Source: Kofleriaceae bacterium (GTDB lineage: Bacteria; Myxococcota_A; Polyangia; Haliangiales; Haliangiaceae). Taken from it: 64,000 bases of DNA. The notes beneath the pieces were generated by a model. It ran no database searches and was not told where the DNA came from. It saw only the letters and a list, made by a program, of their open reading frames with translations. Shown here in pieces: positions 25,273-34,279 of this stretch. Numbering within the stretch: the first letter of the stretch is position 1; each line of letters begins with the position of its first letter. The stretch spans positions 13,384 to 77,383 of the forward strand of contig JBQCJR010000598.1 of NCBI GenBank assembly GCA_051952595.1, read 5' to 3'. Made by a program: the position numbers and the translations under genes.

Positions 25273-26771
25273 GGAGCCAGGGGATGTCGCACGCCCGGCT
25301 CGAACGACCGCGTGAGCCCCCGGTGGTTCACGGGCGCGTACCGCCGCACAACATGGATGCCGAGGCCGCCGTGCTATCGGCTGTCCTGCTTGACCGGGAC
25401 GCGCTGGATCGGGTGCTGGAGATCCTCAAGCCCGAGCACTTCTACAGCGACGCGCACGGCAAGATCTACGAGGCGTCGCAGGAACTCGCGCTCGCGGGAA
25501 CGCCCATCGACATCATCTCGGTGGCCTCGTGGCTCCGGGATCGAGAGCGCCTGCAGCAGGTGGGCGGCGCGGCCTACCTGGCGCAACTCGCCGACGCCAC
25601 GCCGGCGGTCGCCCACGTGGGCGCGCACGCGCGCGTGGTCTACGAGAAGTGGCGCCTCCGGCAACTCATAGCCACCTGCCAGCGCGTCGCCGCCGAGGGT
25701 TACGGGGACGTCGGCGAGGTGCAGGCGTTCGTCGACGGCGCCGAGGCATCGGTGACCGCGCTGGCGCGTGTACGCGAGCGCTCACCGATACGCAGGATCG
25801 ACACGATGCTCCACGCGGCTCTGGATCGCATCGACCGACGCCGCGCCGGCGACGTCGCCGTGGGCGGGGTCCTCACGGGCTACCAGCGCATCGACAAGAA
25901 GATGGGCGGCTGGCGTGACGGTAACGTCTATGTGATCGGGGCGCGACCTGGCCAAGGCAAGACGAGCCTGGTCCTCGACATCACGGCCAACGTGGCGGCG
26001 CCCCGCGCGACCGCGGATGGTCATCTTCAGCCAGGCGACGGCGTGGTGTTCTTCTCACTGGAGATGCCGCACGAGCAACTCGTCGAGCGCGCGCTCGCGT
26101 CAGAGGCGCGCGTGCCGTTCGAGTTCGTGCGCGATGGCTTTCTGCAGGACTACCACCGGAGCAAACTCGCCGAGGCAGCCAGTTACCTCAGCGGCCTCCC
26201 CATCTGGATCGACGACACGCCGGGCATCACGCTCCAAGAACTGCGTGCCAAGGTCCGTCGCTGCCAAGCTGAGTACGACCAAGAGCCGGTCGTCGAGGTC
26301 GACGCGCAGACGGGCGTGGAGACGGTGACGAAGCCAGGGCGCCGCATTCGGATGGTGGTCATCGACTACCTTCAGCTCATGCGGCACCCTGGCGCCGAGA
26401 GCCAAGAACAAGAGGTGTCGGCGATCAGCAAGGGGCTGAAAGAACTCGCGAAGGAACTGCAGGTGGTGTTCGTGCCCCTTGCTCAGCTCAACCGCGCTGT
26501 TGAGACGCGCCCAGGAAAGGACAAGAGGCCGCAGCTCTCTGACTTGAGAAGCAGCGGAGGACTAGAGCAAGACGCCGACGCGGTGCTGTTCATCTACCGC
26601 GACGAGTACTACAACCCGGAGACCACCAACGCGCGTGGGATCGCCGAGTTGATCATCGGCAAGCACCGCCACGGGAGTACGGGCAAGGTCCTCCTGCGGT
26701 TCGATGGATCCTGCATGCGCTTCGACAATCTGGCAGACCAAGAGCTGCCGGACGGCTACGATGAAGAGTGA
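25269..26771 (+). CDS. dnaB: replicative DNA helicase DnaB
   Basis: ATGA overlap at 25269. Motifs: PPHNMDAEAAVLSAVLLD, GARPGQGKTSLVLDI, LIVIDYLQLM-like VVIDYLQLM, RDEYYNPE. Confidence 0.9.
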   Translation: MRSQGMSHARLERPREPPVVHGRVPPHNMDAEAAVLSAVLLDRDALDRVLEILKPEHFYSDAHGKIYEASQELALAGTPIDIISVASWLRDRERLQQVGGAAYLAQLADATPAVAHVGAHARVVYEKWRLRQLIATCQRVAAEGYGDVGEVQAFVDGAEASVTALARVRERSPIRRIDTMLHAALDRIDRRRAGDVAVGGVLTGYQRIDKKMGGWRDGNVYVIGARPGQGKTSLVLDITANVAAPRATADGHLQPGDGVVFFSLEMPHEQLVERALASEARVPFEFVRDGFLQDYHRSKLAEAASYLSGLPIWIDDTPGITLQELRAKVRRCQAEYDQEPVVEVDAQTGVETVTKPGRRIRMVVIDYLQLMRHPGAESQEQEVSAISKGLKELAKELQVVFVPLAQLNRAVETRPGKDKRPQLSDLRSSGGLEQDADAVLFIYRDEYYNPETTNARGIAELIIGKHRHGSTGKVLLRFDGSCMRFDNLADQELPDGYDEE

Positions 26772-26810
26772 TCGTCGGCGCTGAGCCGACGCAGCAGAAA
26801 GGAAGACGCG

Positions 26811-27923
26811 ATGACCGTTCAAGGAACGAAGCGGCACCTGACGACCGTCGTCAACGTGCCGAGCATCAAGGACCCGATCAAGCGCTCGCCAGGCTTCGAG
26901 AAGAAGGACCTGGCGACCTACAAACTCGACGTCATGGGCCGGTGCGACTTCTCCTGCACCTACTGCTCGAGCGACTGGGGCAACTACCTGCGCATCAACC
27001 GGGAGAAGTTCGCGCAGGCGATCCAGGAGCAGACGGGCCGCGCCGTGAAGCACACGGACGATCACCGGATCACGTTTGTGTGGCCCGATGTCATCGAGCG
27101 GCTGGATGACCAGCTGCGGTCGAAGCCGCGTGGGTGGGGCGCTGGCGAGGTGCTCGTGGTCTCGCAGCTCACGGACGCCTTCAGCCCCGAGCCGCTGAGG
27201 TCCGGGAAGACCGAGACGGCGCTCCGCATGGTGCTGGAGCGGACGAGCTTCAGGATCCGGATCCTGACGAAGAACTCGTGCGTGGGCCTGTCCACGAGGT
27301 GGCGGGACCTCTTCGCGGCGCACCGGGACCGCTTCGTCGTGGGGCTCTCCTGCGGGACTACGGACGACGCATGGGCGAAGCGGGTGGAGATCGGTACGCC
27401 TTCCCCGAGCGCGCGGATCCGCGCCACCAAGGAGCTGCAGGCGGCGGGCGTCCCGACCTTCGCGATGCTCTGCCCCGTGTTCCCGAACATGCTGGAAGGC
27501 GACGCGCTCGAGGTGCTCCTCGATGCGCTCAACCCCAAGGCCGTCGAGACCGTGTGGTTCGAGCCGTACAACGACAGGCAGAACGCGCTCGCGGTCCGCG
27601 CCGGGTACGACGAGGGGTCGTGGTGGTGGAACTGGATGACGCACGTCTACGTGGGCGGCGCGCGTGCGAAGTGGAGCGCGTACGCGGCCGAGCTCTACGA
27701 GCGGGTGCGGCTCATGGCCAAGGCCCAGGGCTGGGCGCACAAGCTGAAGTACCTCCTCTACGAGGACGACATCCAGCCAGAGCACGCTGGCGTCTTCGCT
27801 GGGCTGGAGGGCGTGCTCCTCCAGAGCAAGCCCGGCGCCGATGGCCTGAGCCGGAACAGCGCGATGGCCGCTCTGCAGCGCGAGGCGGGCGCGTCCCGGA
27901 TGGGGAAGGTGGACGATGCCTGA
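26811..27923 (+). CDS. radical SAM protein (COG1533 / SplB-like layout)
   Basis: Track ORF of 370 aa with AAGGAAG upstream. CxxxCxxC motif: C45-DFS-C49-TY-C52. Confidence 0.75.
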   Translation: MTVQGTKRHLTTVVNVPSIKDPIKRSPGFEKKDLATYKLDVMGRCDFSCTYCSSDWGNYLRINREKFAQAIQEQTGRAVKHTDDHRITFVWPDVIERLDDQLRSKPRGWGAGEVLVVSQLTDAFSPEPLRSGKTETALRMVLERTSFRIRILTKNSCVGLSTRWRDLFAAHRDRFVVGLSCGTTDDAWAKRVEIGTPSPSARIRATKELQAAGVPTFAMLCPVFPNMLEGDALEVLLDALNPKAVETVWFEPYNDRQNALAVRAGYDEGSWWWNWMTHVYVGGARAKWSAYAAELYERVRLMAKAQGWAHKLKYLLYEDDIQPEHAGVFAGLEGVLLQSKPGADGLSRNSAMAALQREAGASRMGKVDDA

Positions 27924-28824
27924 GCAAGAGCCGTTGGGGCCGCGCCGCGGCGCCATCTCCATCTACCAGAGCCGGGTGAGCGTCGCTGAGCCGACCGTGG
28001 ACGAGCCCGCGATGCTCCGCGTGCTGCAGGCGTTCGTGAAGCACCTGGACGACCGCGGGTTCTTCACCCAGCGCGACCCGTCCGTCGAGAAGCGGTTCCC
28101 CATCATCGCCGACAGCCACTGGCTGGCGCGTCGCGGCGATCTGGAGGCAACGCTGGAGACCGGAGGGCGGATCGCCCACGTGGAGTTCTTCCAGAAGACC
28201 ACGAACGCTCAGCAGCAGGGCGGCCGGTACGACTTCCGAAAGTTCGACGCGATGCCGGCGCCGATGAAGCGCGCGTGCGTGGTCGAGATGGCCGGTCTCG
28301 TGCGTCTCTTGCGCAGCCTCGGGTACGGCTTCCCGCCATGTGCCGCCGATGGGAAGGACCTGCTCCTCAGCATCCTGCGTCTCGCCGAGGAGAGGCAGCC
28401 CGACGACCCGCTCGAGCGCTTCAACGCGCACTGGGGCGCCAACAGGTTCCGGCGCGATGCGACCGGGTGGCCCACGGCCGCCGAGCTTGGCACGTGGCTC
28501 GATGGGGATGGGGCCGAGATCCTGAACGGGTCGGTTCGGTACTTCGTGCACCACGGCCGCCTGCAGTGCAGCACGGTGCACGGCAACATGAACGGCATGT
28601 GGATGATCCTCACCGGAGACGGGTTGCGCTACGTGCAGGGGGAGGAACTCTTCAGCAGTCCCGACGTCTGGCGCGGTCGGCGCCATCAGGATCAGCCTCG
28701 ACGCCTCATGCGCGAACTGGACAAGGAGACGAAGGCCGGGCGGTGGGGCAGGGTTGCCGCCATCGCCAAGGTCCTGGATCGGCTCGCCAGCAAGGCGCAG
28801 CAGGAGGAGGTGCCCCATGGCTGA
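27916..28824 (+). CDS. hypothetical protein (302 aa), middle gene of the rSAM cassette
   Basis: Track ORF with 8-nt overlaps to both neighbours. No motif recognised. Confidence 0.65.
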   Translation: MPEQEPLGPRRGAISIYQSRVSVAEPTVDEPAMLRVLQAFVKHLDDRGFFTQRDPSVEKRFPIIADSHWLARRGDLEATLETGGRIAHVEFFQKTTNAQQQGGRYDFRKFDAMPAPMKRACVVEMAGLVRLLRSLGYGFPPCAADGKDLLLSILRLAEERQPDDPLERFNAHWGANRFRRDATGWPTAAELGTWLDGDGAEILNGSVRYFVHHGRLQCSTVHGNMNGMWMILTGDGLRYVQGEELFSSPDVWRGRRHQDQPRRLMRELDKETKAGRWGRVAAIAKVLDRLASKAQQEEVPHG

Positions 28825-29791
28825 GCATCGGCAGGTCCCGGAGCCGCTCGCCCACCATCACTTCACACCGTGGTGGCACAGCGGCGAGATGCGGTTGCCT
28901 CGCGCTGAGAGCGGATGGCTCAAGCCAGAGCGCTGGTTCCGCGCGGCGGTGAAGGCCGGCGAGAGGCGGCGGGTGTTCTGCTCCTCGCAGGCGGACGTGT
29001 TCGAGGACCGACGCGACCTCGACGAGCACCGGACCAGGCTGTGGGAGCTGATCGACAACACGGCAGCGGGCTTCTGCGGCCCTGGCCGTGACGTGCTCGT
29101 GGCTCGCCCGGGCCCTGACCGGCCCGGCCTCGACTGGCTGCTGCTGACCACGCGGCCCGAGCGCATCCTCGAACTCATCCCAGAGCGGTGGCGCGCTGGC
29201 CTGCCGCCGAACGTCTGGGTGGGGGCCAGCGTCGAGAACCAGGAGGCCGCCGACGAGCGTATCGAGCACCTCCAGCGCGTGCCGGCGCGGGTTCGATTCC
29301 TGTCGGTGGAGCCGCTACTCGGGCCCGTGAACGTCGGGGAGTGGGTTAGCCCGCTGCAGGTGTGCCCTGCTTGCACCACCGAGTACAGGACGGCCGAGCC
29401 ACGCTCGTGCTGCGGCGACGACTTGGAGGTTGAGTACGGCGTGGCCATGCGCACGTCGCCGCCGATCCACTGGCTGATCATCGGCGGCGAGAGCGGCCCC
29501 AAAGCGCGCCCGTGCGATGTCGCCTGGATCCGCAACCTTGTGCGGCAGGGGCGCGACGCCGACGTGCCGGTGTTCGTGAAGCAGCTGGGCGCCTACCCGC
29601 TGGGCGTCCCCGACTGCTCCGGCTGCGAGGGCGTCGAGTTCGATGGGGCCATCTGCAGCCGTTGCGGGCGCGCAGCGGTGGTGGATGACGACGGGCGGCG
29701 CGTGCTCGTGCTGGCTGACCGCAATGGCCGCGACCCAGCCGAGTGGCCAGAGGACCTTCGCGTTCAGGCGCTCCCACGAGGTGCCCGGTGA
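28817..29791 (+). CDS. Gp37/Gp68-family (DUF5131, PF07505) protein lacking the N-terminal Cys-rich segment
   Basis: Track ORF trimmed to ATG 28817 (GGAGGAGG upstream). Family motifs: RRVFCSSQADVFED, LLLTTRPERI, NVWVGASVENQ, RFLSVEPLLGP, WLIIGGESGPKARP, VFVKQLG. Confidence 0.75.
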   Translation: MAEHRQVPEPLAHHHFTPWWHSGEMRLPRAESGWLKPERWFRAAVKAGERRRVFCSSQADVFEDRRDLDEHRTRLWELIDNTAAGFCGPGRDVLVARPGPDRPGLDWLLLTTRPERILELIPERWRAGLPPNVWVGASVENQEAADERIEHLQRVPARVRFLSVEPLLGPVNVGEWVSPLQVCPACTTEYRTAEPRSCCGDDLEVEYGVAMRTSPPIHWLIIGGESGPKARPCDVAWIRNLVRQGRDADVPVFVKQLGAYPLGVPDCSGCEGVEFDGAICSRCGRAAVVDDDGRRVLVLADRNGRDPAEWPEDLRVQALPRGAR

Positions 29792-29949
29792 GTGCCACCT
29801 CGCACCGACGCCCGACCGACCGCCGCGGCTGCTGTAGCGCAAGCGTCGTGCCAGACACGATCCAGAAGCTCGTGCGCACGCCTGATGGGCATCTTCACGT
29901 GAGACGATCGCCGCAAATCCGACGGGGGCAAGTCGGAGGCGTTTCAGTC

Positions 29950-31197
29950 ATGAGCCATCACGCCGCCAGCACCATCGACTTCTTGGCCGCGCCGTCGATC
30001 ACCGCTGAGCCGCCGGGCCTGGCGCATGGGCTGGTGGCGCCCTTCCCCTACTTCGGCGGCAAGAGACGCGCGGCCGCGCTCGTCTGGGAACGCTTCGGCG
30101 ACGTCACCAACTACTGCGAGCCGTTCGCCGGCAGCCTCGCCGTGCTGCTGGCGCGCCCAACGCATCACCGTGCCCGCGTGGAGACCGTCAACGACATGGA
30201 CGGGCTCATCGTCAACGTGTGGCGCGCGATCGCCGCGGACCCGGAGGCGGTGGCGCGCGGATGCGACTGGCCCGTGCTGGAGCTCGACCTTCACGCCAGG
30301 CACCGCGCGCTCATCGCCGCACGCGCCGACCTTGCAAAGAAGCTCGATGCTGACCCTCGGTGGCATGACCCAGAGCTTGCGGCGTGGTGGGTCTGGGGCG
30401 CGTCGTGCTGGATCGGCGCAGGCTGGTGCGACGATCATCATCGGAACGCACGAGGGCGTCAGCGGCCGGCGCTCAGCGGCGGGCAGGAGAGTCCAAAGGC
30501 GGGCACCGGCGTGCATGCCGGCACGCAACGCGAGCCGACGCGAAAGCTGCCGATCCTGATCGGCGGAAACAGCGGGCCGAGCCCGCAATACGGCAAGGGC
30601 GTCCGCGCAAGCACGCAGAGGGAGACGAGCCCGGTCCCAGAGCGCCGGCAGCTCCCAGCCATCGGCGGTTCTTTCACCGCGTCGCGCGACGACGCGGCCT
30701 ACGCGAACTACGGCAAGGGCGTGCACAGCGCCACGGTCCGCACCGCGCTGTACGACACGTTCGAGCGCTTGGCCGCCAGGCTGCGCTACGTGCGCGTCAC
30801 CTGCGGGGACTGGGCGAGGATCTGCACGCCTGCCGTGACATGGAAGCACGGACTCACGGGCGTGCTGCTTGATCCGCCCTACAGCGACCCGGCCCGCACC
30901 GCCAAGCTCTACGCGCGCGACTCGATGACCGTGGCCACCGACGTCCGGGCGTGGGCTCTGAACGCGGGGCAGCGCGAGGACATGCGGATCGCGCTCTGCG
31001 GCTACGAGGGAGAGCACGACGAGCTTCTCTCGGCCGGCTGGAGCGTCGTCGCTTGGAAGGCACATGGCGGATACGGCGTGCAGGCAGATGGCGCAGGCCG
31101 GGAGAACGCGGCCCGCGAGCGCATCTGGTTCTCCCCTCACTGCCTGAGCGGCCATGAGGATGCTCCGCGGCAGCGCGCGCTGTTCAGCGGCTTCTGA
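29950..31197 (+). CDS. Dam-class (D12) N6-adenine DNA methyltransferase with a large internal insertion
   Basis: Track ORF trimmed to ATG 29950 (GGAGG upstream). Motifs: PFPYFGGKRRAA, EPFAGSLAV, VLLDPPY. A roughly 130-aa insert carries three GKGV-type repeats. Confidence 0.8.
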   Translation: MSHHAASTIDFLAAPSITAEPPGLAHGLVAPFPYFGGKRRAAALVWERFGDVTNYCEPFAGSLAVLLARPTHHRARVETVNDMDGLIVNVWRAIAADPEAVARGCDWPVLELDLHARHRALIAARADLAKKLDADPRWHDPELAAWWVWGASCWIGAGWCDDHHRNARGRQRPALSGGQESPKAGTGVHAGTQREPTRKLPILIGGNSGPSPQYGKGVRASTQRETSPVPERRQLPAIGGSFTASRDDAAYANYGKGVHSATVRTALYDTFERLAARLRYVRVTCGDWARICTPAVTWKHGLTGVLLDPPYSDPARTAKLYARDSMTVATDVRAWALNAGQREDMRIALCGYEGEHDELLSAGWSVVAWKAHGGYGVQADGAGRENAARERIWFSPHCLSGHEDAPRQRALFSGF

Positions 31198-31282
31198 GCA
31201 TCGCGGAAGACGCGCATCGCGATGGACTTGACGAGGGACCGTTCCATCAGCACCATCCATCGCGGCCGAGGAGGTCAGCAGC

Positions 31283-32143
31283 TTGGAAACCACGGTCGAG
31301 CAGCGATGGCGTGATCGCGTCGGCGTGTACCGCTCCGTTCGGGAGTTCTTCGACCCGCGCGCGTACGAGGCCGACGAGATCCTCGACGACACGCCGGCGA
31401 AGGCGTTCGTCAACGCCCACCACTACTCCGGGACGTACCCGGCGGCCATGCGCCGCTTCGGGTTGTTCGAGCGGTACAGCAGGCGCTTGGTGGGTGTCGC
31501 CGTCTTCTCCTACCCCGTCAACGACGCGGTGTTCTCATGGCTGCCCGGTGAGAAGGACCAGAGCCTGGAGCTCGGCAGGCTGGTGCTGCTCGACGAGGTG
31601 CTGGCGAACGCGGAGACGTGGTTCATCGCACGCTGCTTCGATGTGCTCGTCTCCCACGGCGTGACCGGCGTAGTGAGCTTCGCTGACCCGGAGAAGCGCG
31701 TGGACGCCGACGGGCGGGTCGTGATGCCCGGACACATCAAGACCACCTACCAAGCCAAGGGCGCGGTGTACGCTGGGCGTGGGACGCCTCGAACGCTGCG
31801 ATTGCTGCCCGATGGCACCGTGCTCAACGATCGGGCGAAGCAGAAGATCCGCGGCCGTGAGCGCGGGCACGAGCACGTCGAAGAACGGCTCATCCGCTCT
31901 GGTAGAGCGCAGGGCATCGCCATCCCCGAACTGCGCGCCACGGCGAGCCGGGAGGAAGCTCGGCGCTGGCTCGCCACGTGGGCCCCGCTGTTGACGCGGC
32001 GGCAGCGACATCCGGGCAACCATCGCTACCTGTTCGGGCTGACGAAGGAAGCGCGCCGGCGCATCCCGCAGATGCTCGATGGCTGCGGGGTCCCACGGCT
32101 GCCCTACCCGAAGTTCACCTACGCTGGCGTCGTGTTTCGATGA
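31283..32143 (+). CDS. Mom-like (GNAT-fold) putative DNA-modification acyltransferase
   Basis: TTG 31283 with GGAGG 8 nt upstream. The pattern AKAFVNAHHYSGTYP...FGLF...LVGVAVFSYP...LELGRLVLLD...VVSFADP...GHIKTTYQAKGAVYAG matches the HHY / ELxRL / SxAD / GHxGxxYQA pattern as I recall it for the Mom family. Confidence 0.5.
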   Translation: METTVEQRWRDRVGVYRSVREFFDPRAYEADEILDDTPAKAFVNAHHYSGTYPAAMRRFGLFERYSRRLVGVAVFSYPVNDAVFSWLPGEKDQSLELGRLVLLDEVLANAETWFIARCFDVLVSHGVTGVVSFADPEKRVDADGRVVMPGHIKTTYQAKGAVYAGRGTPRTLRLLPDGTVLNDRAKQKIRGRERGHEHVEERLIRSGRAQGIAIPELRATASREEARRWLATWAPLLTRRQRHPGNHRYLFGLTKEARRRIPQMLDGCGVPRLPYPKFTYAGVVFR

Positions 32144-32155
32144 GAGGAGGCGCGG

Positions 32156-32245
32156 ATGTCGATCTGGGAGCAGTGGGCAGTCCTGCGGGTGGCGACGTGG
32201 TGGTGCGCGGCGCAGATGCGCGCCGGGAAGGTGGGTCGGGCATGA
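32156..32245 (+). CDS. small Trp-rich protein (29 aa), not in ORF track
   Basis: ATG 32156 with GAGAGGAGG upstream. Sequence: MSIWEQWAVLRVATWWCAAQMRAGKVGRA*. Its stop overlaps the next start (ATGA at 32242). Confidence 0.45.
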   Translation: MSIWEQWAVLRVATWWCAAQMRAGKVGRA

Positions 32246-32841
32246 GCGTGACGAAGGAGCAGAGGGAGCGGTGGGCGGCGCTGGCGAAGCGGGTTGATGC
32301 CGCACGCGCACGGCTTGCGCTGGCCGCAGCGAACGCAAGGCTCACACGAGCCTTCGACAGCGCCATGCGGGTCTTGCGCGTTATCGACGAGCGGCCGATC
32401 GCGTGCGGACACAGGGTCAAGGACCTAATCAGCGGCACGGACCCGTCGACGGGCCGCAAGCTGGTGACGAAGTGCGGGGCATGCCTCGCTGAGCAGCCGA
32501 AGATGTCGCACGCTGGCCCGTCGCCTGCGCCAGAGCAAGAGCGGCTCGCTGCGCTGAGCGAGCGGCAGACCCAACGGCTCGGGCGGATGCTGGCCCAGGT
32601 CAGCAGGCAGCGGGACGCGCTCGCGGTGGCGCTCGGCAACATGCTCGCGATCTGCGACGGCGAGTTCGCCGTGGCTGGCGGTGCGCTGGAGGACCTCGAG
32701 CCCGAGGACCAGGCGGCCGTCCACGCCGCGCGGCAGATCCATGAGGCCCACAAGGCTGGCACACTGGGCGCGCTGCTCGACCGCTGGGACGCCGAGGAGA
32801 AGCAGGAGGCCACGGCCGCTGCCCGGCAGGCAGCGTCATGA
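32242..32841 (+). CDS. hypothetical protein (199 aa)
   Basis: Track ORF 31978..32841 trimmed to ATG 32242. Coiled-coil-like, with a CGH...CGAC pair. Confidence 0.6.
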   Translation: MSVTKEQRERWAALAKRVDAARARLALAAANARLTRAFDSAMRVLRVIDERPIACGHRVKDLISGTDPSTGRKLVTKCGACLAEQPKMSHAGPSPAPEQERLAALSERQTQRLGRMLAQVSRQRDALAVALGNMLAICDGEFAVAGGALEDLEPEDQAAVHAARQIHEAHKAGTLGALLDRWDAEEKQEATAAARQAAS

Positions 32842-33590
32842 AGCACCAACCCTACATCGGCGTGAGCGGCTTCATGACGCGCGCGGAGGTGCAGGCCGCG
32901 CTCGGCGCCTTCCCCGACTGCGGCCGCAAGCTCATGGTCGGCGTGCTGGTCTCGGCCAAGACGCTGCGGGGCGAGACGAACAGCTACCCCAGGCGCTACC
33001 CGCGTCCGGAGGACATCGCCGGGATCTTCGTGGACGACCCGCGCTGCCTGAACATGGTCCACTTCGCGAGCGACGAGCCGCCTGACGTCGAGACGCTGAT
33101 CCGCCTCGTCGATGTCGGTGGGCCATGCTGCCACGGGGTTCAGTTCAACGTGTCGTGGCCCCGTCCGGACAGCATTCTGGCGATGCGGACCGCCTGCTAC
33201 GCCGGCAAGCGCGAGCCGCGGCTCGTGTTCCAGGTGAACGATCTCACTCGCCCCGTGCGTGCCTGGCGGGCCATCGCGGAGCGGTACAACGGTGTCGTCA
33301 CCGACGTCCTGCTGGACGGGTCCTGGGGGCGCGGCGTGACGCTCAAGCCATGGGTGGTCGCCGCGGCGGCAGCGGCTGTCCGCGCCGGATGGCGTGGCGT
33401 TGGTCTCGGCGTCGCTGGCGGACTGTGCGCCGAAGCGCTTCCGTCGGTCGCCCGCCTGCTGAGAGACGGCGTGTCCATCGACGCGGAGGGGCGCCTGCGC
33501 GATGACGCGCCGGGCGGCGGCAACCTCGACCTCGGCAAGGTGCGCGCGTACCTGCAGGCTGCCGGAGCGCTGCTCCAGGAGGGCGCATGA
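32838..33590 (+). CDS. TrpF (phosphoribosylanthranilate isomerase)-like TIM-barrel protein
   Basis: ATGA overlap at 32838. By-eye alignment to TrpF: YIGVSGF (cf. KICGIT), HGVQFN (cf. VQLHG), VLLDGSWGRG (cf. LLDxxxGGSG), GVAGGL...VSIDAEGRLRDDAPGGGNLDLGKVRAYL (cf. SGGL...VDVSSGVE..PG.KD..KI..F). Confidence 0.5.
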   Translation: MKHQPYIGVSGFMTRAEVQAALGAFPDCGRKLMVGVLVSAKTLRGETNSYPRRYPRPEDIAGIFVDDPRCLNMVHFASDEPPDVETLIRLVDVGGPCCHGVQFNVSWPRPDSILAMRTACYAGKREPRLVFQVNDLTRPVRAWRAIAERYNGVVTDVLLDGSWGRGVTLKPWVVAAAAAAVRAGWRGVGLGVAGGLCAEALPSVARLLRDGVSIDAEGRLRDDAPGGGNLDLGKVRAYLQAAGALLQEGA

Positions 33591-34198
33591 TCCGCAGGCT
33601 GTTGAACTGGGCGCTCGCCCGCGTCGCTGCGCCGGCCGAGGTGGGCCCGGACCCGCGTCTCGTCGCGATGGTCGGCGAGATGGAGCGCGACATGCTGGAA
33701 CTGGTGCAGGAGCGCGACGCGGCCATCGCCGCCTGGCGCGAGCATGAGCGCGCGCATCAGGCAGACCGCGCGGCGATCTCCACGGCGCTCGCCAGGGCGG
33801 GCGCGTCGTGGACGAACAGCGATCTCGTTGCCGCCGTGGAGGACCTCGCGGCGCAGCGCGATACGGCGCTCGCGAGGGCGGTGCCGCAGGACCTGAGCGC
33901 GGCCACCGCGGAGGATCTGGTGGTAGCGCTCGGGGCGCGCGGGCTCGACCGCCAGGCGCTGGGGTTCGTACTGCAAGCCATCGAAGCGGCGTCGTGCCCG
34001 GGAACCCGTATCCGCGCCCGTGCTGAGGAGGCGACGACCGACCCGGCGAACACGTGCACCCACCCGAACCCGGACGATGATGCCCCGCTGTCGGGCGACG
34101 ACTGGGTCTGCGGAAACTGCGGAGCCTACGTGGACCACCGGCGCGGGGGTGGGGCCAAGAGCGGCGCGGCGGTTCCGTGTGGGGTGCCGTCGGAGTGA
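33587..34198 (+). CDS. hypothetical protein (203 aa)
   Basis: Track ORF with ATGA overlap at 33587. C-terminal CGNCG segment. Confidence 0.6.
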   Translation: MIRRLLNWALARVAAPAEVGPDPRLVAMVGEMERDMLELVQERDAAIAAWREHERAHQADRAAISTALARAGASWTNSDLVAAVEDLAAQRDTALARAVPQDLSAATAEDLVVALGARGLDRQALGFVLQAIEAASCPGTRIRARAEEATTDPANTCTHPNPDDDAPLSGDDWVCGNCGAYVDHRRGGGAKSGAAVPCGVPSE

Positions 34199-34279
34199 CT
34201 GCAGCTGGGCTCCGGCCCGGCCCCGGCGGCGCTCGCTGCGCCTCGGGGGCTGCGCCATGGGTGCGGCAAGGAGGACACG

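Noticed and set aside
26562-27962. 466-aa minus-strand track ORF antisense to the radical SAM gene
   Set aside because: It is an R/P/G-rich low-complexity translation. The plus strand carries a clear CxxxCxxC radical-SAM protein with coupled neighbours.
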